Positions 18,436 to 28,487 of a stretch of 64,000 nucleotides of DNA are shown in pieces; position 1 is the stretch's first letter; every line of letters begins with the position of its first letter. Position numbers and translations under genes: made by a program. The DNA is taken from assembly GCA_030606215.1 (NCBI GenBank), contig JAUWGW010000006.1:2207-66206 (forward strand), given 5' to 3'. The DNA comes from a bacterium (GTDB lineage Bacteria > NPL-UPA2 > JAUVJM01). The notes beneath the pieces were generated by a model that had not been told where the DNA came from, searched no databases, and worked only from the letters and a program-made list of their open reading frames with translations.

Positions 18436-19281
18436 TTATAAATTGACGATAATGTTGTCTATCAGTCTTGTTTTACCAATCCACACGGCAATGGCGATGA
18501 GGACAGGTTTATCTATACCGGCTATCTCCTGAAGATTTTCAGGGTCAACTATTGTAATATAATCAATCCGTGCGAGTTTTTCACTCTCTATCATTTCGGT
18601 TATTTCTTTTCTTATGAATTTCAATAACTTGTCTCCCCTAATTATTTCATCCTTCGCTTTGAGGAGCGCTCTGTATAAAACTGTCGCGGCTTTTCTCTCC
18701 TCCTCATTCAGATACGCATTTCTGGAACTCATCGCAAGTCCATCTTTCTCCCGAACAGTTGGACAAACGTGTATTTCCACACCCATATTCAAATCGGATA
18801 CCATCTTTTTGATAATAACGACCTGCTGTGCATCTTTCTGCCCGAAATAGGCAGTGTCAGGTTCAATCAGATTGAATAATTTCGCAACAACGGTTGTTAC
18901 GCCGCGAAAATGTGCCGGGCGGTTCTTCCCGCACATTACCTTGCTTAGACCTTCCACTTCAACAAAGGTAGAATAACCAGATGAATACATCTCCGAAACA
19001 TCCGGAGCAAAGATAAAATCAACCTTTCCCCTTTCTGCTATTACTTCATCTCTATTCAAATCTCTCGGGTAACGTTCATAGTCCTCGCTTGGGTCAAACT
19101 GGGTTGGGTTGACAAATATGCTAACTATGAGAACATCACACTTCTTTCTTGCTTCTCTAATTAAACTTAAGTGACCTTCGTGAAAATACCCCATTGTTGG
19201 AACCAGAGCGATAGATTTCCCGTCTCTTTTAGCTTCACGCACAATTCCTCTCATCTCAGCGGCTGTTTTGACTGTCTTCAC
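18436..19281 (-). CDS. panC: Pantoate--beta-alanine ligase
   Basis: [22 protein letters not shown]... is the PanC signature. GTG at 19281 (GGAGGAGG RBS) gives an N-terminal length matching E. coli PanC. ATG at 19254 or the track's 19308 are alternatives. Confidence 0.9.
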   Translation of the reverse strand: MKTVKTAAEMRGIVREAKRDGKSIALVPTMGYFHEGHLSLIREARKKCDVLIVSIFVNPTQFDPSEDYERYPRDLNRDEVIAERGKVDFIFAPDVSEMYSSGYSTFVEVEGLSKVMCGKNRPAHFRGVTTVVAKLFNLIEPDTAYFGQKDAQQVVIIKKMVSDLNMGVEIHVCPTVREKDGLAMSSRNAYLNEEERKAATVLYRALLKAKDEIIRGDKLLKFIRKEITEMIESEKLARIDYITIVDPENLQEIAGIDKPVLIAIAVWIGKTRLIDNIIVNL

Positions 19282-20020
19282 TTTCCTCCTCCGATTCAAG
19301 AGCGGCAATTACAATCTCAACCTCGTGGATTCTGTCTTCTATTGGCGGGTGAGTACTCAAAAAAGTTATCTGCACACCCCTTGCCTGCTCCCCGAGCTTT
19401 TCAAGAACACTTATCATTGCGTGGGGGTCATACCCGCTTTGGTGTGTATAAATTGTCCCGAGACGGTCAGCTTGAAATTCATCTTTTCTGCTGTATCCAA
19501 GAATGATTAGTGTGAAGATGTCATCTGCAATTTGTTGTACTTGCCTTGCTTCAGTTTTGTCGCCAAGAACAGCTAAGGCAAGGGTAGCCGCAAGCTGGTA
19601 TCCGAAAACAGACTGGATTCTCTTAATCCCATGTCTTGCTGCTACATGTCCAGTCTCGTGACCGAGAATAGCGGCGAGTTCCGGTTCATCAACAATATCC
19701 AGGAGCCCTTTGTATATATAGATAAAGCCGCCTGGCAGGGCAAAGGCATTGATTTCAGGTGAATTTATTGCTTTGAAACTGTAAGGTATGTCGGGACGGT
19801 GAGAATTACTTGCCACAAGTTGACCAATTCTATTGACTCTACTATCCTCGTATGCCTCATTTTCCTTTTCAATCTGTTCAGCGACCTTTTTCCCGAGTGC
19901 AATTTCCTGCTCAACGGTATATAGAGTCCGCTCTTCTCTCCTGGTGACTGGATTGTAGACAGTAGCGCAACCGAGGAGGGAGATGAGGAGGAGGGATACG
20001 ATGCAATTTGCAGTTTTCAT
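19256..20020 (-). CDS. M48-family zinc metallopeptidase lipoprotein
   Basis: 254 aa. Signal peptide plus lipobox (LLGCAT). The HETGH motif (HEXXH) is in a ...AFALPGGFIYIYKGLL...AAILGHETGHVAARH context typical of M48 (BepA/LoiP-like) peptidases. Confidence 0.75.
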   Translation of the reverse strand: MKTANCIVSLLLISLLGCATVYNPVTRREERTLYTVEQEIALGKKVAEQIEKENEAYEDSRVNRIGQLVASNSHRPDIPYSFKAINSPEINAFALPGGFIYIYKGLLDIVDEPELAAILGHETGHVAARHGIKRIQSVFGYQLAATLALAVLGDKTEARQVQQIADDIFTLIILGYSRKDEFQADRLGTIYTHQSGYDPHAMISVLEKLGEQARGVQITFLSTHPPIEDRIHEVEIVIAALESEEESEDSQNSR

Positions 20021-20415
20021 GGAACTGTACTCAGTTCAAGAAGGCTTTCTTCAGCGAAAATTGGAGCCTCAGCACGAAGTGCGAGAGCTATACCATCACT
20101 TGGACGAGCGTCAACTTCCTTGCTTCGTCCATCGCCTGTCCTCAATATAAGTTTTGCGAAAAATGTCCCCTGACGGAGTTTATGAATTACTACCATTTCA
20201 AGTTCGGCTTCAAGTTCCCTGATGGTATTCCGCAAAAGGTCGTGTGTCAGAGGACGCGGCAGTTCTACTCCGCTTATCTTAAGTCTTATAGCATCAGCTT
20301 CGTGCACACCAATGACGATAGGGAGGACCCGGCTGCCATTCTTCTCTCTCAGTATGATAAGCTGGTCTCTCCTCTTATCATCTATCCTGATTCTGAAAAG
20401 TTCCATTTTAACCAC
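20017..20415 (-). CDS. Bifunctional nuclease (BFN/DUF151) family protein
   Basis: 132 aa. VLPIVIGVHEADAI...ARPSDGIALALRAEAPIF matches the DUF151 core. Its stop overlaps the ATG of the downstream M48 gene (ATGA). Confidence 0.6.
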   Translation of the reverse strand: MVKMELFRIRIDDKRRDQLIILREKNGSRVLPIVIGVHEADAIRLKISGVELPRPLTHDLLRNTIRELEAELEMVVIHKLRQGTFFAKLILRTGDGRSKEVDARPSDGIALALRAEAPIFAEESLLELSTVP

Positions 20416-20894
20416 TTTTTCCCACCTCCCTTCTCAATTAGCAATTCTCTAATTGTCTGCCCTGACAGGGGTGAGCGCAAATCAGGAGCAATTTCTGCCA
20501 GAGGCACAAGGACAAAACTTCTTCTCTCAAGTTCCCGATGGGGGACCTGAAGTTCTTCCTCTTTTACGAGAAGGTCGCCGTAGAGGAGAATATCAAGGTC
20601 AATTATTCTTGGGCCAAAGTGCCTCCCTTCAGTCCTGCCAAGTTTTTTCTCCAATTTCTTCACGCAGTCCAGAAGTTCCGCGGGCGTGAGAACCGTTTCT
20701 ATCTCAGCCGCGCAATTCACAAACTTTGGCTGGTTGAGCACTTCCTCAGGTTCTGTCTCATAGAGAGAAGAAACTCTGCATACCTTAATCTTGACTGTCT
20801 CGCGCAGTGATTTAATTGCATTTCTGATATTTTCTATACGATTCCCGAGATTTGACCCAAGTCCAAGATATACTTTCACCCACTTCTCTTCCAC
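20382..20894 (-). CDS. folK: 2-amino-4-hydroxy-6-hydroxymethyldihydropteridine pyrophosphokinase
   Basis: VKVYLGLGSNLGNRIENI...GPRIIDLDILLYGD is the HPPK signature. GTG at 20879 (GTGA overlap with the dapL stop) is a likely alternative to the track start at 20894. Confidence 0.85.
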   Translation of the reverse strand: MEEKWVKVYLGLGSNLGNRIENIRNAIKSLRETVKIKVCRVSSLYETEPEEVLNQPKFVNCAAEIETVLTPAELLDCVKKLEKKLGRTEGRHFGPRIIDLDILLYGDLLVKEEELQVPHRELERRSFVLVPLAEIAPDLRSPLSGQTIRELLIEKGGGKKWLKWNFSESG

Positions 20895-22048
20895 ACAGCA
20901 ATCCTTTCCACTGCTTCCTCTAATTTTTTCTTATCTATCGTCAAACTCATTCGTATGAATCCATCGCCATTTTCACCAAATCCTACTCCTGGTGTTGTGG
21001 CAACTCCTGCTCTCTCAAGGAGAGATAACACCAAACGCATGGAGCTATATCCTAAGAGAACAGGAGCCCATATGTAAAATGTAGCTTTTGGTTTTGGAAT
21101 ATCCCATCCTATTCTCTTCAACCCGTTGACAAATGTGTCTCTACGTTCCTGATAAATTTTCAGAGTCCTCTTTATCTCTTCCTGGGAACCGTTCAGAGCT
21201 TCTATCCCTGCCCATTGAATTGCCTGAAATATGCCTGAATCAAGATTGGTTTTAACTTTTCCGAGCCCGCTGATGATTTTGCTGTTGCCAACGATAAACC
21301 CTATCCGCCAGCCGGTCATATTATATGTTTTAGAAAGAGAATGAAATTCCACTCCAATTTCTTTTGCCCCATCCACCTCAAGGAAACTCGGAGCGATGTA
21401 ACCATCATAACAGATTTCAGAATAAGCCGCATCATGACATACGATTATGTTGTGTCTTTCAGCAAAATTCCGAACCTCCGAGAAAAAAGTTCTGTCTGCA
21501 ATCGCAGATGTTGGATTGTTTGGATAATTGAGAAACATCATCTTTGCTTTCTTCGCTATCGTTTCAGGGATACTGCTCAAATCTGGCAGGAAATTGTTTC
21601 CCGGGAGTAGAGGCATTGAGAAACATTTCCCACCGGCAAGTGTAATGCCTGCGCGATATACAGGATAACCCGGATCCGGAATAAGAGCAATATCCCCCTC
21701 GTTTATTACGGCAAGTGGAATATGCCCGATCCCTTCCTTTGACCCTATAAGAGGGAGAATTTCAAGTTCCGGGTCAAGCTCTACTCCAAACCTCTTTTTA
21801 TACCATGCGGCAAGACTTATTCTCAACTCTAACAAACCTTTGTAAGACGCATAACGGTGATTTTCATGCCTGGTGGAGAATTTCTGAAGAGAGCTTACAA
21901 TGTGTTCAGGAGTAGCTATGTCAGGGTCACCTACACCGAGATCAATAATGTCAACTCCCTTCCCTCTAACTTCTCTCTTCATCTCATCAAGTTTGGCAAA
22001 AAGATAGGGGGGCAGTTTTTTAAGCTTGTCTGAAAACTCAATATTCAT
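20876..22048 (-). CDS. dapL: Class I/II PLP aminotransferase, probable LL-diaminopimelate aminotransferase
   Basis: 390 aa. KLKKLPPYLFAKLDEMKREVRGKGVDIIDLGVGDPDIATPEHIV and SLSKTYNMTGWRIGF (PLP Lys) are present. It overlaps dapB by an ATGA junction, and no dapD/dapC/dapE is present in the cluster. The DapL assignment rests on context. Confidence 0.6.
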   Translation of the reverse strand: MNIEFSDKLKKLPPYLFAKLDEMKREVRGKGVDIIDLGVGDPDIATPEHIVSSLQKFSTRHENHRYASYKGLLELRISLAAWYKKRFGVELDPELEILPLIGSKEGIGHIPLAVINEGDIALIPDPGYPVYRAGITLAGGKCFSMPLLPGNNFLPDLSSIPETIAKKAKMMFLNYPNNPTSAIADRTFFSEVRNFAERHNIIVCHDAAYSEICYDGYIAPSFLEVDGAKEIGVEFHSLSKTYNMTGWRIGFIVGNSKIISGLGKVKTNLDSGIFQAIQWAGIEALNGSQEEIKRTLKIYQERRDTFVNGLKRIGWDIPKPKATFYIWAPVLLGYSSMRLVLSLLERAGVATTPGVGFGENGDGFIRMSLTIDKKKLEEAVERIAVWKRSG

Positions 22049-22845
22049 TGTTTTATAACATCCTGCATGTCATATAGTCCAGAACCTGCACCTGCTATAA
22101 ATCTTATTGCTTTTATCACTCCTCTAACGAAAACCTCCCGACTTTCTGCACGATGTATCAATTCCACTCTTTCACCTGCTCCAGCAAAAATTACATTGTG
22201 TTCGCCGGTGACACTTCCGCCACGCACAGCATGTATTCCAATTGCCCCTGTTTTTCTCTCTCCTGTAGTTCCCTTGCGACCATATACTGCAATTTCTTTC
22301 AAGCTTTTGCCTCTTGCCTCTGCAATAATTCCTGCCAACTTCAACGCTGTCCCACTCGGAGCATCTTTTTTCATACGATGATGGGTTTCCACAATTTCTA
22401 CATCATATTCAGTCCCGAGGATTTTTGCCGCCTCACCTGCTATCTTAAATAGGAGGTTCACCCCGATACTCATATTTGGTGAAAGAAGCACCGGGATTTT
22501 TGAACTAAAATTTTTTATCCTCTCCTTTTCTTCGTCACTAAAACCTGTTGTCCCGATAACAACCCCATTATTTTTCTCCACTGCTGCTGGTAGATGGGAG
22601 AGTGCTGCACGAGGGGTGCTGAACTCAACAAGAATATCCCCGCCACTTATAACTTTCTCCATGTCATCCACAAGCAAGATACCAGATTTAACCAAACCTA
22701 TTACTTCTCCAACATCCTTATTGAGAAACGGGTGTTCTTTCTTTTCAACTGCTCCGGCAAGTTCCATGTCGTCTTCTTCAGTCACTGCTTGCAGGAGCAG
22801 TTTCCCCATCTGTCCACCTGCTCCGCTTATAACTACCCTTACCAT
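22045..22845 (-). CDS. dapB: 4-hydroxy-tetrahydrodipicolinate reductase
   Basis: MVRVVISGAGGQMGKLL (Rossmann) and EIVETHHRMKKDAPSGTA (DapB signature) are present. Confidence 0.9.
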   Translation of the reverse strand: MVRVVISGAGGQMGKLLLQAVTEEDDMELAGAVEKKEHPFLNKDVGEVIGLVKSGILLVDDMEKVISGGDILVEFSTPRAALSHLPAAVEKNNGVVIGTTGFSDEEKERIKNFSSKIPVLLSPNMSIGVNLLFKIAGEAAKILGTEYDVEIVETHHRMKKDAPSGTALKLAGIIAEARGKSLKEIAVYGRKGTTGERKTGAIGIHAVRGGSVTGEHNVIFAGAGERVELIHRAESREVFVRGVIKAIRFIAGAGSGLYDMQDVIKQ

Positions 22846-22854
22846 TTTCCCTCC

Positions 22855-23913
22855 TCACTTATATGCAAGCGTATCCCAGTATGCGTCATTTGCGAGTCTT
22901 TCCCCAATATCCACTTCATAAGCTTTCTCTATCGGTTCTAATATCTGCGGATTTTTCTCCCAGACCAGCTTTGCGGCATTGCGGACAATCTCTACACCAG
23001 CGCGGGTCATTTTGCCGAGAGGCGGACGACACAGCCCCGCAGGCATTCCAAGACCGTTCATCAATGTTTTTATTGGAAGCGGGTTCCTGAATTTATCTTC
23101 AACAGCTACTTTTCTTTTCCGCGATAGAGTTCTCTCATTCTTGCATTTGACAGTCACTATTCCGAATAGCGGCTGAAGCGCTTCTTGAATTGCTCTTGCT
23201 TCAGCCTGTTCGCCGGCAATGACCTTCCTTGTCATTTCCTCAATAGCCCCCGGGACAACATTTGAAATTACAGAGATAACACCTGAAGATTTAATCTTTG
23301 GATTAATCATCATCTCAAATGTCAGGTCATCATCACCTGAGAGAATGTCAAAATCTTCCCCTATAAGTTCTCTTGTCCTCTTCATCCGCTGCAGATTACC
23401 TGTTGCCTCTTTCACAGCCCGTACATTTGGGCATTCCTGTGAAAGAATTGCAAGGTCCTCGGGACTAATGGCAGTTCCAGTCCGCCCAGGGATTACATAA
23501 GGTATAATGTAGATCTCAGGGCAGGTTTGAGCTATTTTCGCATAGTACTCCCTACGGAGTTCTATAGATGATGGTCCATTATAGTAACAATCTATGAGAA
23601 GCACAGATTCAATTCCTACCTCCTTTGCTTTCCTTGTCGCTTTGAGTGCTTCTTCCGTAGAATTACTCCCAGCCCCTGCTATAACACCACACCTTTTCTG
23701 GGAAAGGTCCAAACAGTTACTTATCACCTGCGTATGCTCCTCCCAGATAAGTGTTGGAGATTCTCCGGTTGTCCCTACAGGAAGGACCCCGGTTATGCTC
23801 TGTGAAATCTGGAACTCAATGTTCTTTTGAAACCCCTCCCAATCAATTTCATTCTCCTCTGTGAATGGTGTCACAAGAGCAGTCCATGCCCCTTCAAACT
23901 TCAATCTGCTCAT
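22855..23913 (-). CDS. dapA: 4-hydroxy-tetrahydrodipicolinate synthase (DapA/NAL family) with an extended C-terminal region
   Basis: WTALVTPF, VLPVGTTGESPTL and an active-site K context are present. At 352 aa it is about 55 aa longer than a typical DapA. Confidence 0.8.
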   Translation of the reverse strand: MSRLKFEGAWTALVTPFTEENEIDWEGFQKNIEFQISQSITGVLPVGTTGESPTLIWEEHTQVISNCLDLSQKRCGVIAGAGSNSTEEALKATRKAKEVGIESVLLIDCYYNGPSSIELRREYYAKIAQTCPEIYIIPYVIPGRTGTAISPEDLAILSQECPNVRAVKEATGNLQRMKRTRELIGEDFDILSGDDDLTFEMMINPKIKSSGVISVISNVVPGAIEEMTRKVIAGEQAEARAIQEALQPLFGIVTVKCKNERTLSRKRKVAVEDKFRNPLPIKTLMNGLGMPAGLCRPPLGKMTRAGVEIVRNAAKLVWEKNPQILEPIEKAYEVDIGERLANDAYWDTLAYK

Positions 23914-24731
23914 CTATTTACCTCCATGATTAGTTCCCCTTCATATACAAATGTAGCGTTGCCTTGCAGGTAAACATCTGTGACTTTTCCATCTTCAGGT
24001 TTGAAGTGGACTACTAATGTAGAGTTCCCTCCCGTCTCAACACTAGTAGGAGGGTTAACCTTCCCCAATAAATGCCCCACAATAGCTCCTGCCACAGCTC
24101 CTGTCCCGCAGGCAAGAGTTTCAGCTTCAACGCCTCTCTCATAGGTTCTCAGACGGATTTTTCTCCTGCCGACTACCTCAACAAAATCCACATTTGTTCC
24201 CTCTGGCTGAAACATTTTATGATAGCGTATTTTCCTGCCAAGCTCAATATCTATTGCTTCAAGATTTTCCACAATAAGCACAGTATGCGGGACGCCTGTA
24301 TTTATGGAACTTGCGGAGTATTCCCTGTTATCTATTAAAAGTTTAAAGGAGAGCTTAATCCCGGTGGGTTCATACATTTTCAATTTGACTTCAGTGCCGA
24401 TAACTTCAGCAGAAACCAATCCTGCAAGTGTTTCAAGGTTTACCTTCCTGCCGCTGATACCTTTACGGCTCGCAAATGCGGCAATACATCCGGCTCCGTT
24501 CCCGCACATCTCTGCTTCACTTCCATCAGGATTGAAAATACGCATTTTTAATTGGTCGGGTTTCCTGCTTTTTTCAAGAAGAAGCAATCCGTCTGCTCCA
24601 ACTGAATATGAGCGCTTGCATAACTTAAGGGCAAGGGAAGCTCTATCATGACAAGTCCCGAATCGGTTATCAATGACAATGAAATCATTTCCGCCTGCAC
24701 ACATTTTAGTAAACTTTAACCCTGATTGCAT
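23910..24731 (-). CDS. dapF: Diaminopimelate epimerase
   Basis: FTKMCAGGNDFIVID plus two catalytic-Cys contexts (MCGNGAGC, LACGTGAVA) are present. Confidence 0.9.
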   Translation of the reverse strand: MQSGLKFTKMCAGGNDFIVIDNRFGTCHDRASLALKLCKRSYSVGADGLLLLEKSRKPDQLKMRIFNPDGSEAEMCGNGAGCIAAFASRKGISGRKVNLETLAGLVSAEVIGTEVKLKMYEPTGIKLSFKLLIDNREYSASSINTGVPHTVLIVENLEAIDIELGRKIRYHKMFQPEGTNVDFVEVVGRRKIRLRTYERGVEAETLACGTGAVAGAIVGHLLGKVNPPTSVETGGNSTLVVHFKPEDGKVTDVYLQGNATFVYEGELIMEVNR

Positions 24732-24733
24732 AT

Positions 24734-25966
24734 TTAATATATTTCTCCACGTATTAAATCTTCATATTGTTCTCTTTCCCGTATAAGACGGAATTTATCC
24801 CCTTCTACAAGAAATTCAGAACACCTGGGACGCGAATTGTAGGTTGAAGCCATTGAAAACCCGTAGGCACCTGCACTGAATATAGCCAAGAAATCCCCCG
24901 ACTTCACTTTGAGGATTTTTCTATCACGTGCAAAAAAATCTCCTGTTTCACATATCGGTCCCACAATGTCTGCTGCAATTTCTTCAGACTCTCTCATTTG
25001 CACAGGTTTTATCTCATGGTACGCCCCATAAAGCGAAGGGCGGATAAGGTCATTCATACCAGCGTCTACTACAATGAATGTCCGTGAACCGGATTCTTTG
25101 ACGTACAGGACTTTTGTAACAAGTATACCGGCATTCCCGACAATAAATCGTCCTGGTTCTAAAATAATCTTCAAGCCTCTTTCCTTAACAAGCGGGATGA
25201 CTGCCTGTGCAAATTCTTCTGCAGTAGAAGGCTTTTCATCCCTGTAGATTATCCCGAGCCCCCCGCCAATATTGAGCCATTTTAATTCAAAATTTAGCGC
25301 CTCTATAAAACCGACCACTTTCCTTATGCTTTCAGTGAACGGAGTGACACTTGTAATCTGAGACCCGATATGAAGATGGACACCTTTTAGCTCAACATTG
25401 TGGAAACTATCCCTCTTCTTGAAAATGTTATCTGCTATATCAATTGTTAAACCAAACTTATCTTCACTTTTCCCTGTTCTGATATAAGCATGAGTTTCAA
25501 CTTCCACGTCAGGATTCACACGAATTGCAACCGCGGCTTTCTTCTTCATCCTGCCTGCTATTTCGTTTATGAGATGTAATTCTTGAATTGATTCCACATT
25601 GAACATGAGAATGCCTTTATTCAGAGCGTATGTTATCTCGTCTTGAGTCTTCCCAACTCCTGCATAGACTATTTTCCCGGGAGCTATACCTGAAAGAAGT
25701 GCTTTGAAAAGTTCCCCGCCTGAGGTTACATCCGCACCTGCTTCCATTTCAGCAAGGAGCTTCAGGAGATAGATGTTAGAATTTGCTTTCAAAGAATAGC
25801 AGATGAGATGTGGTATTGATGAGAAAGCAGTATTTAACTTCCTGTAATGGTCGCTGACCGTCTTTCTGCTGTAGAGGTACAGTGGGGTTTTACTCTGAGA
25901 GGCAATATCATTAACTTTCACCTTCTCACAGATAAGCTCCCCATTTAGATAGTGGAAATCATGCAT
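24734..25966 (-). CDS. lysA: Diaminopimelate decarboxylase
   Basis: CYSLKANSN (PLP Lys), VHLHIGSQ, EPGRFIVGNAG and GPICETGD motifs are present. Confidence 0.9.
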   Translation of the reverse strand: MHDFHYLNGELICEKVKVNDIASQSKTPLYLYSRKTVSDHYRKLNTAFSSIPHLICYSLKANSNIYLLKLLAEMEAGADVTSGGELFKALLSGIAPGKIVYAGVGKTQDEITYALNKGILMFNVESIQELHLINEIAGRMKKKAAVAIRVNPDVEVETHAYIRTGKSEDKFGLTIDIADNIFKKRDSFHNVELKGVHLHIGSQITSVTPFTESIRKVVGFIEALNFELKWLNIGGGLGIIYRDEKPSTAEEFAQAVIPLVKERGLKIILEPGRFIVGNAGILVTKVLYVKESGSRTFIVVDAGMNDLIRPSLYGAYHEIKPVQMRESEEIAADIVGPICETGDFFARDRKILKVKSGDFLAIFSAGAYGFSMASTYNSRPRCSEFLVEGDKFRLIREREQYEDLIRGEIY

Positions 25967-27308
25967 TTAGGGTTTTCCTTGCCTTTTCAATTAACCGCCT
26001 GACTTCTCGTGGAGATGTTGATTTTCTTCTTTTAACGGAAACCTCGGGTTTTAGAAGTTTCTTTACATCTGAGCCAAAACCGAAGGAATGAAAATCTTTG
26101 TCTGAGAGGTCAGTAAAGTTTTTCTTATTCTTAATACAGTGCAGAACCAGCTTCCCGACTTTCTCATGAGCTTTGCGGAAAGGAATACCCTTGGTCACAA
26201 GATATTCTGCTAAATCAGTCGCGGTAGTAAAACCTTCCTGAGCAAGGCTCGTAATCCTTTCAACATTCAAGTGTAGAGCCTTCAGAAACACTGGATAAAC
26301 TTCAAGAGACCTTTTCAAAGTATCAACTGTATCAAAGAGAGGCTCTTTATCCTCCTGCATATCACGGTTATAGGAGAGCGGTAAACCTTTCATCATAGTA
26401 AGTGTATTCACAAGGTTCCCATATACCCTTCCACATTTGCCGCGGATAAGTTCTGCGATATCGGGGTTTTTCTTCTGCGGCATCATACTGCTGCCGGTGA
26501 GGACAGTTTCATCAAGAGTTATGAAATCAAATTCAGGGGATGCCCACATAATGAGCTCCTCACTCAACCTTGAAAGATGCATCATTAATATGGCACCGGC
26601 AGAAAGGAATTCCAGGATAAAATCTCTATCGCTTACCGCATCTATGCTGTGTTCGCATACTCTTGAGAAGTTCAGGAGACGAGCGACGAATCTCGGCTCT
26701 ATCGGTAGAGTTGAGCCGGCGAGTGCTCCTGCACCGAGAGGCAAACAGTCAACTTCTAAAAGAGCATTTCTTAACCTCTTCTTATCCCGTTCAAGCATAT
26801 AGAAATACGTCATGATATGATGTGAGAAAAGTACCGGTTGAGCATGCTGAAGATGGGTAAAACCTGGCATTACTACATCAAGATTTCCTTCAGCTAAATT
26901 CAGGATACTTTTTTCCAGAGCTTTTAAAAGGTTCAAGATAGCCTTGATTTCATCGCGCAGGTATAGTCTCATATCAAGGGCGATCTGGTCATTCCTGCTT
27001 CTCGCAGTATGAAGTTTACCCGCTACCTTACCTATCTTCTTATGTAAACGCTTCTCAATTGAGAGGTGGATATCTTCCTCCGGTGCGAGTTTACCGACTT
27101 CATCCGCAATTTTCTTCAGACCCTTTATTATAATGTCTCTCTCCTTTAGCTTTATGATTTTGCATTTTGCAAGCATCTTTACATGCGCAATACTACCTTC
27201 TATATCATATTTAGCAAGCCGTATGTCAAATGATATTGAGGCCGCGAAATCATCTATAACGGAACTTCTCGCATCTTGAAAAGCTCCCCCCCATAGTTTA
27301 TCACTCAT
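25959..27308 (-). CDS. argH: Argininosuccinate lyase
   Basis: KLWGGAFQD at the N-terminus and the GSSMMPQKKNPD fumarase/ASL signature are present. Confidence 0.9.
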   Translation of the reverse strand: MSDKLWGGAFQDARSSVIDDFAASISFDIRLAKYDIEGSIAHVKMLAKCKIIKLKERDIIIKGLKKIADEVGKLAPEEDIHLSIEKRLHKKIGKVAGKLHTARSRNDQIALDMRLYLRDEIKAILNLLKALEKSILNLAEGNLDVVMPGFTHLQHAQPVLFSHHIMTYFYMLERDKKRLRNALLEVDCLPLGAGALAGSTLPIEPRFVARLLNFSRVCEHSIDAVSDRDFILEFLSAGAILMMHLSRLSEELIMWASPEFDFITLDETVLTGSSMMPQKKNPDIAELIRGKCGRVYGNLVNTLTMMKGLPLSYNRDMQEDKEPLFDTVDTLKRSLEVYPVFLKALHLNVERITSLAQEGFTTATDLAEYLVTKGIPFRKAHEKVGKLVLHCIKNKKNFTDLSDKDFHSFGFGSDVKKLLKPEVSVKRRKSTSPREVRRLIEKARKTLNA

Positions 27309-28486
27309 TTCTTATACCCCCTGAAAGGTAGTCCCCAGAGTTTAATAAATCCTTTTGCCAGAGTCCTGTCAAACTTATCTCCTTCTTCATATGTGGCAAG
27401 AGACAAATCATAGAGTGAGTTAGGAGATTTCCTGCCAACAGCTTCACACACACCTCTGTAAAGTTTAATTCTGACAGTTCCGGTTACTTTCTCCTGCGTC
27501 TTTCTGGTAAAGGCATCAAGCGCCTCTCTAAGAGGAGAATACCACATCCCATAATACACGACTTCCCCGAACTTCTGGCTGACCAACTCCTTGAAATGCG
27601 CTGTCTCCCTGTCAAGAATAAGGTTTTCAAGTTCCCTGTGAGATATATGGAGAATGGTAGCAGCCGGAGCTTCGTACACTTCCCTCGATTTAATCCCTAC
27701 TACCCGGTTTTCTACAAGGTCAACCCTTCCAACACCGTTTTCCCCTCCGAGTTTATTCAACTGCTCAACAAGTTCTACAATCCCGTATTCTTTCCCGTTG
27801 ATTTTCTTCGGAACGCCGCTCTCAAAGTATATCTCTAAATATAACGGTTCATCTGGTGCGTCCTGTGGATTAACAGTCAATTGATAGGCTTTCTCCGGCA
27901 CCTCTTTCCATGGATCCTCTAATTCACCACACTCAATACTTACTCCCCATATATTTCTGTCAATACTGTATGGGTTTTCCTTTGTTGCAGAGACAGGGAT
28001 ATTATGTTCCTTCGCATAATCAACCTCATCGGACCTTGTCTTTAAAGACCACTCCCTTAGCGGTGCTATTGCCTCAAGAGATGGGTTGAGAGCGCTGAAA
28101 GCAAGTTCAAACCTCACTTGGTCATTCCCCTTACCTGTGCAGCCGTGAGCTACAAATTGCGCACCAACTTTTTCTGCAATCTCGGTAACTTTCTTTGCAA
28201 TGAGGGGTCGTCCCAGAGCAGTTGCAAGGAGATATTTCCCTTCATAAGAGGCTCCCGCCATGAGGGCAGGGAATACCCAGTCTTTCAAGAAACTCTCCCT
28301 CAAATCTTCAATATAGGCCTTTTTTGCTCCGCTTCTGAGAGCTTTATTCTTTAACTCATCCTGATTCAACCCCTGACCGAGTTCAGCAGAAAAAGTGATT
28401 ACATCAAGTCCCTTCTCTTCCTGCAGCCATTTAACACAGACTGAAGTATCCAACCCTCCGGAATAAGCAAGAACGACTTTAGCCAT
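27305..28486 (-). CDS. argG: Argininosuccinate synthase
   Basis: VVLAYSGGLDTSVCVKWL (PP-loop) is present. At 393 aa it is the canonical length. Confidence 0.9.
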   Translation of the reverse strand: MAKVVLAYSGGLDTSVCVKWLQEEKGLDVITFSAELGQGLNQDELKNKALRSGAKKAYIEDLRESFLKDWVFPALMAGASYEGKYLLATALGRPLIAKKVTEIAEKVGAQFVAHGCTGKGNDQVRFELAFSALNPSLEAIAPLREWSLKTRSDEVDYAKEHNIPVSATKENPYSIDRNIWGVSIECGELEDPWKEVPEKAYQLTVNPQDAPDEPLYLEIYFESGVPKKINGKEYGIVELVEQLNKLGGENGVGRVDLVENRVVGIKSREVYEAPAATILHISHRELENLILDRETAHFKELVSQKFGEVVYYGMWYSPLREALDAFTRKTQEKVTGTVRIKLYRGVCEAVGRKSPNSLYDLSLATYEEGDKFDRTLAKGFIKLWGLPFRGYKK

Positions 28487-28487
28487 T

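Noticed and set aside
20382-20415. 34-nt overlap between the folK and BFN-like ORFs as evidence of a frameshift or fusion
   Set aside because: The alternative start MELFRI (20406) for the BFN gene reduces the overlap to 25 nt. Both proteins have complete independent domain signatures, so they are ordinary overlapping genes.
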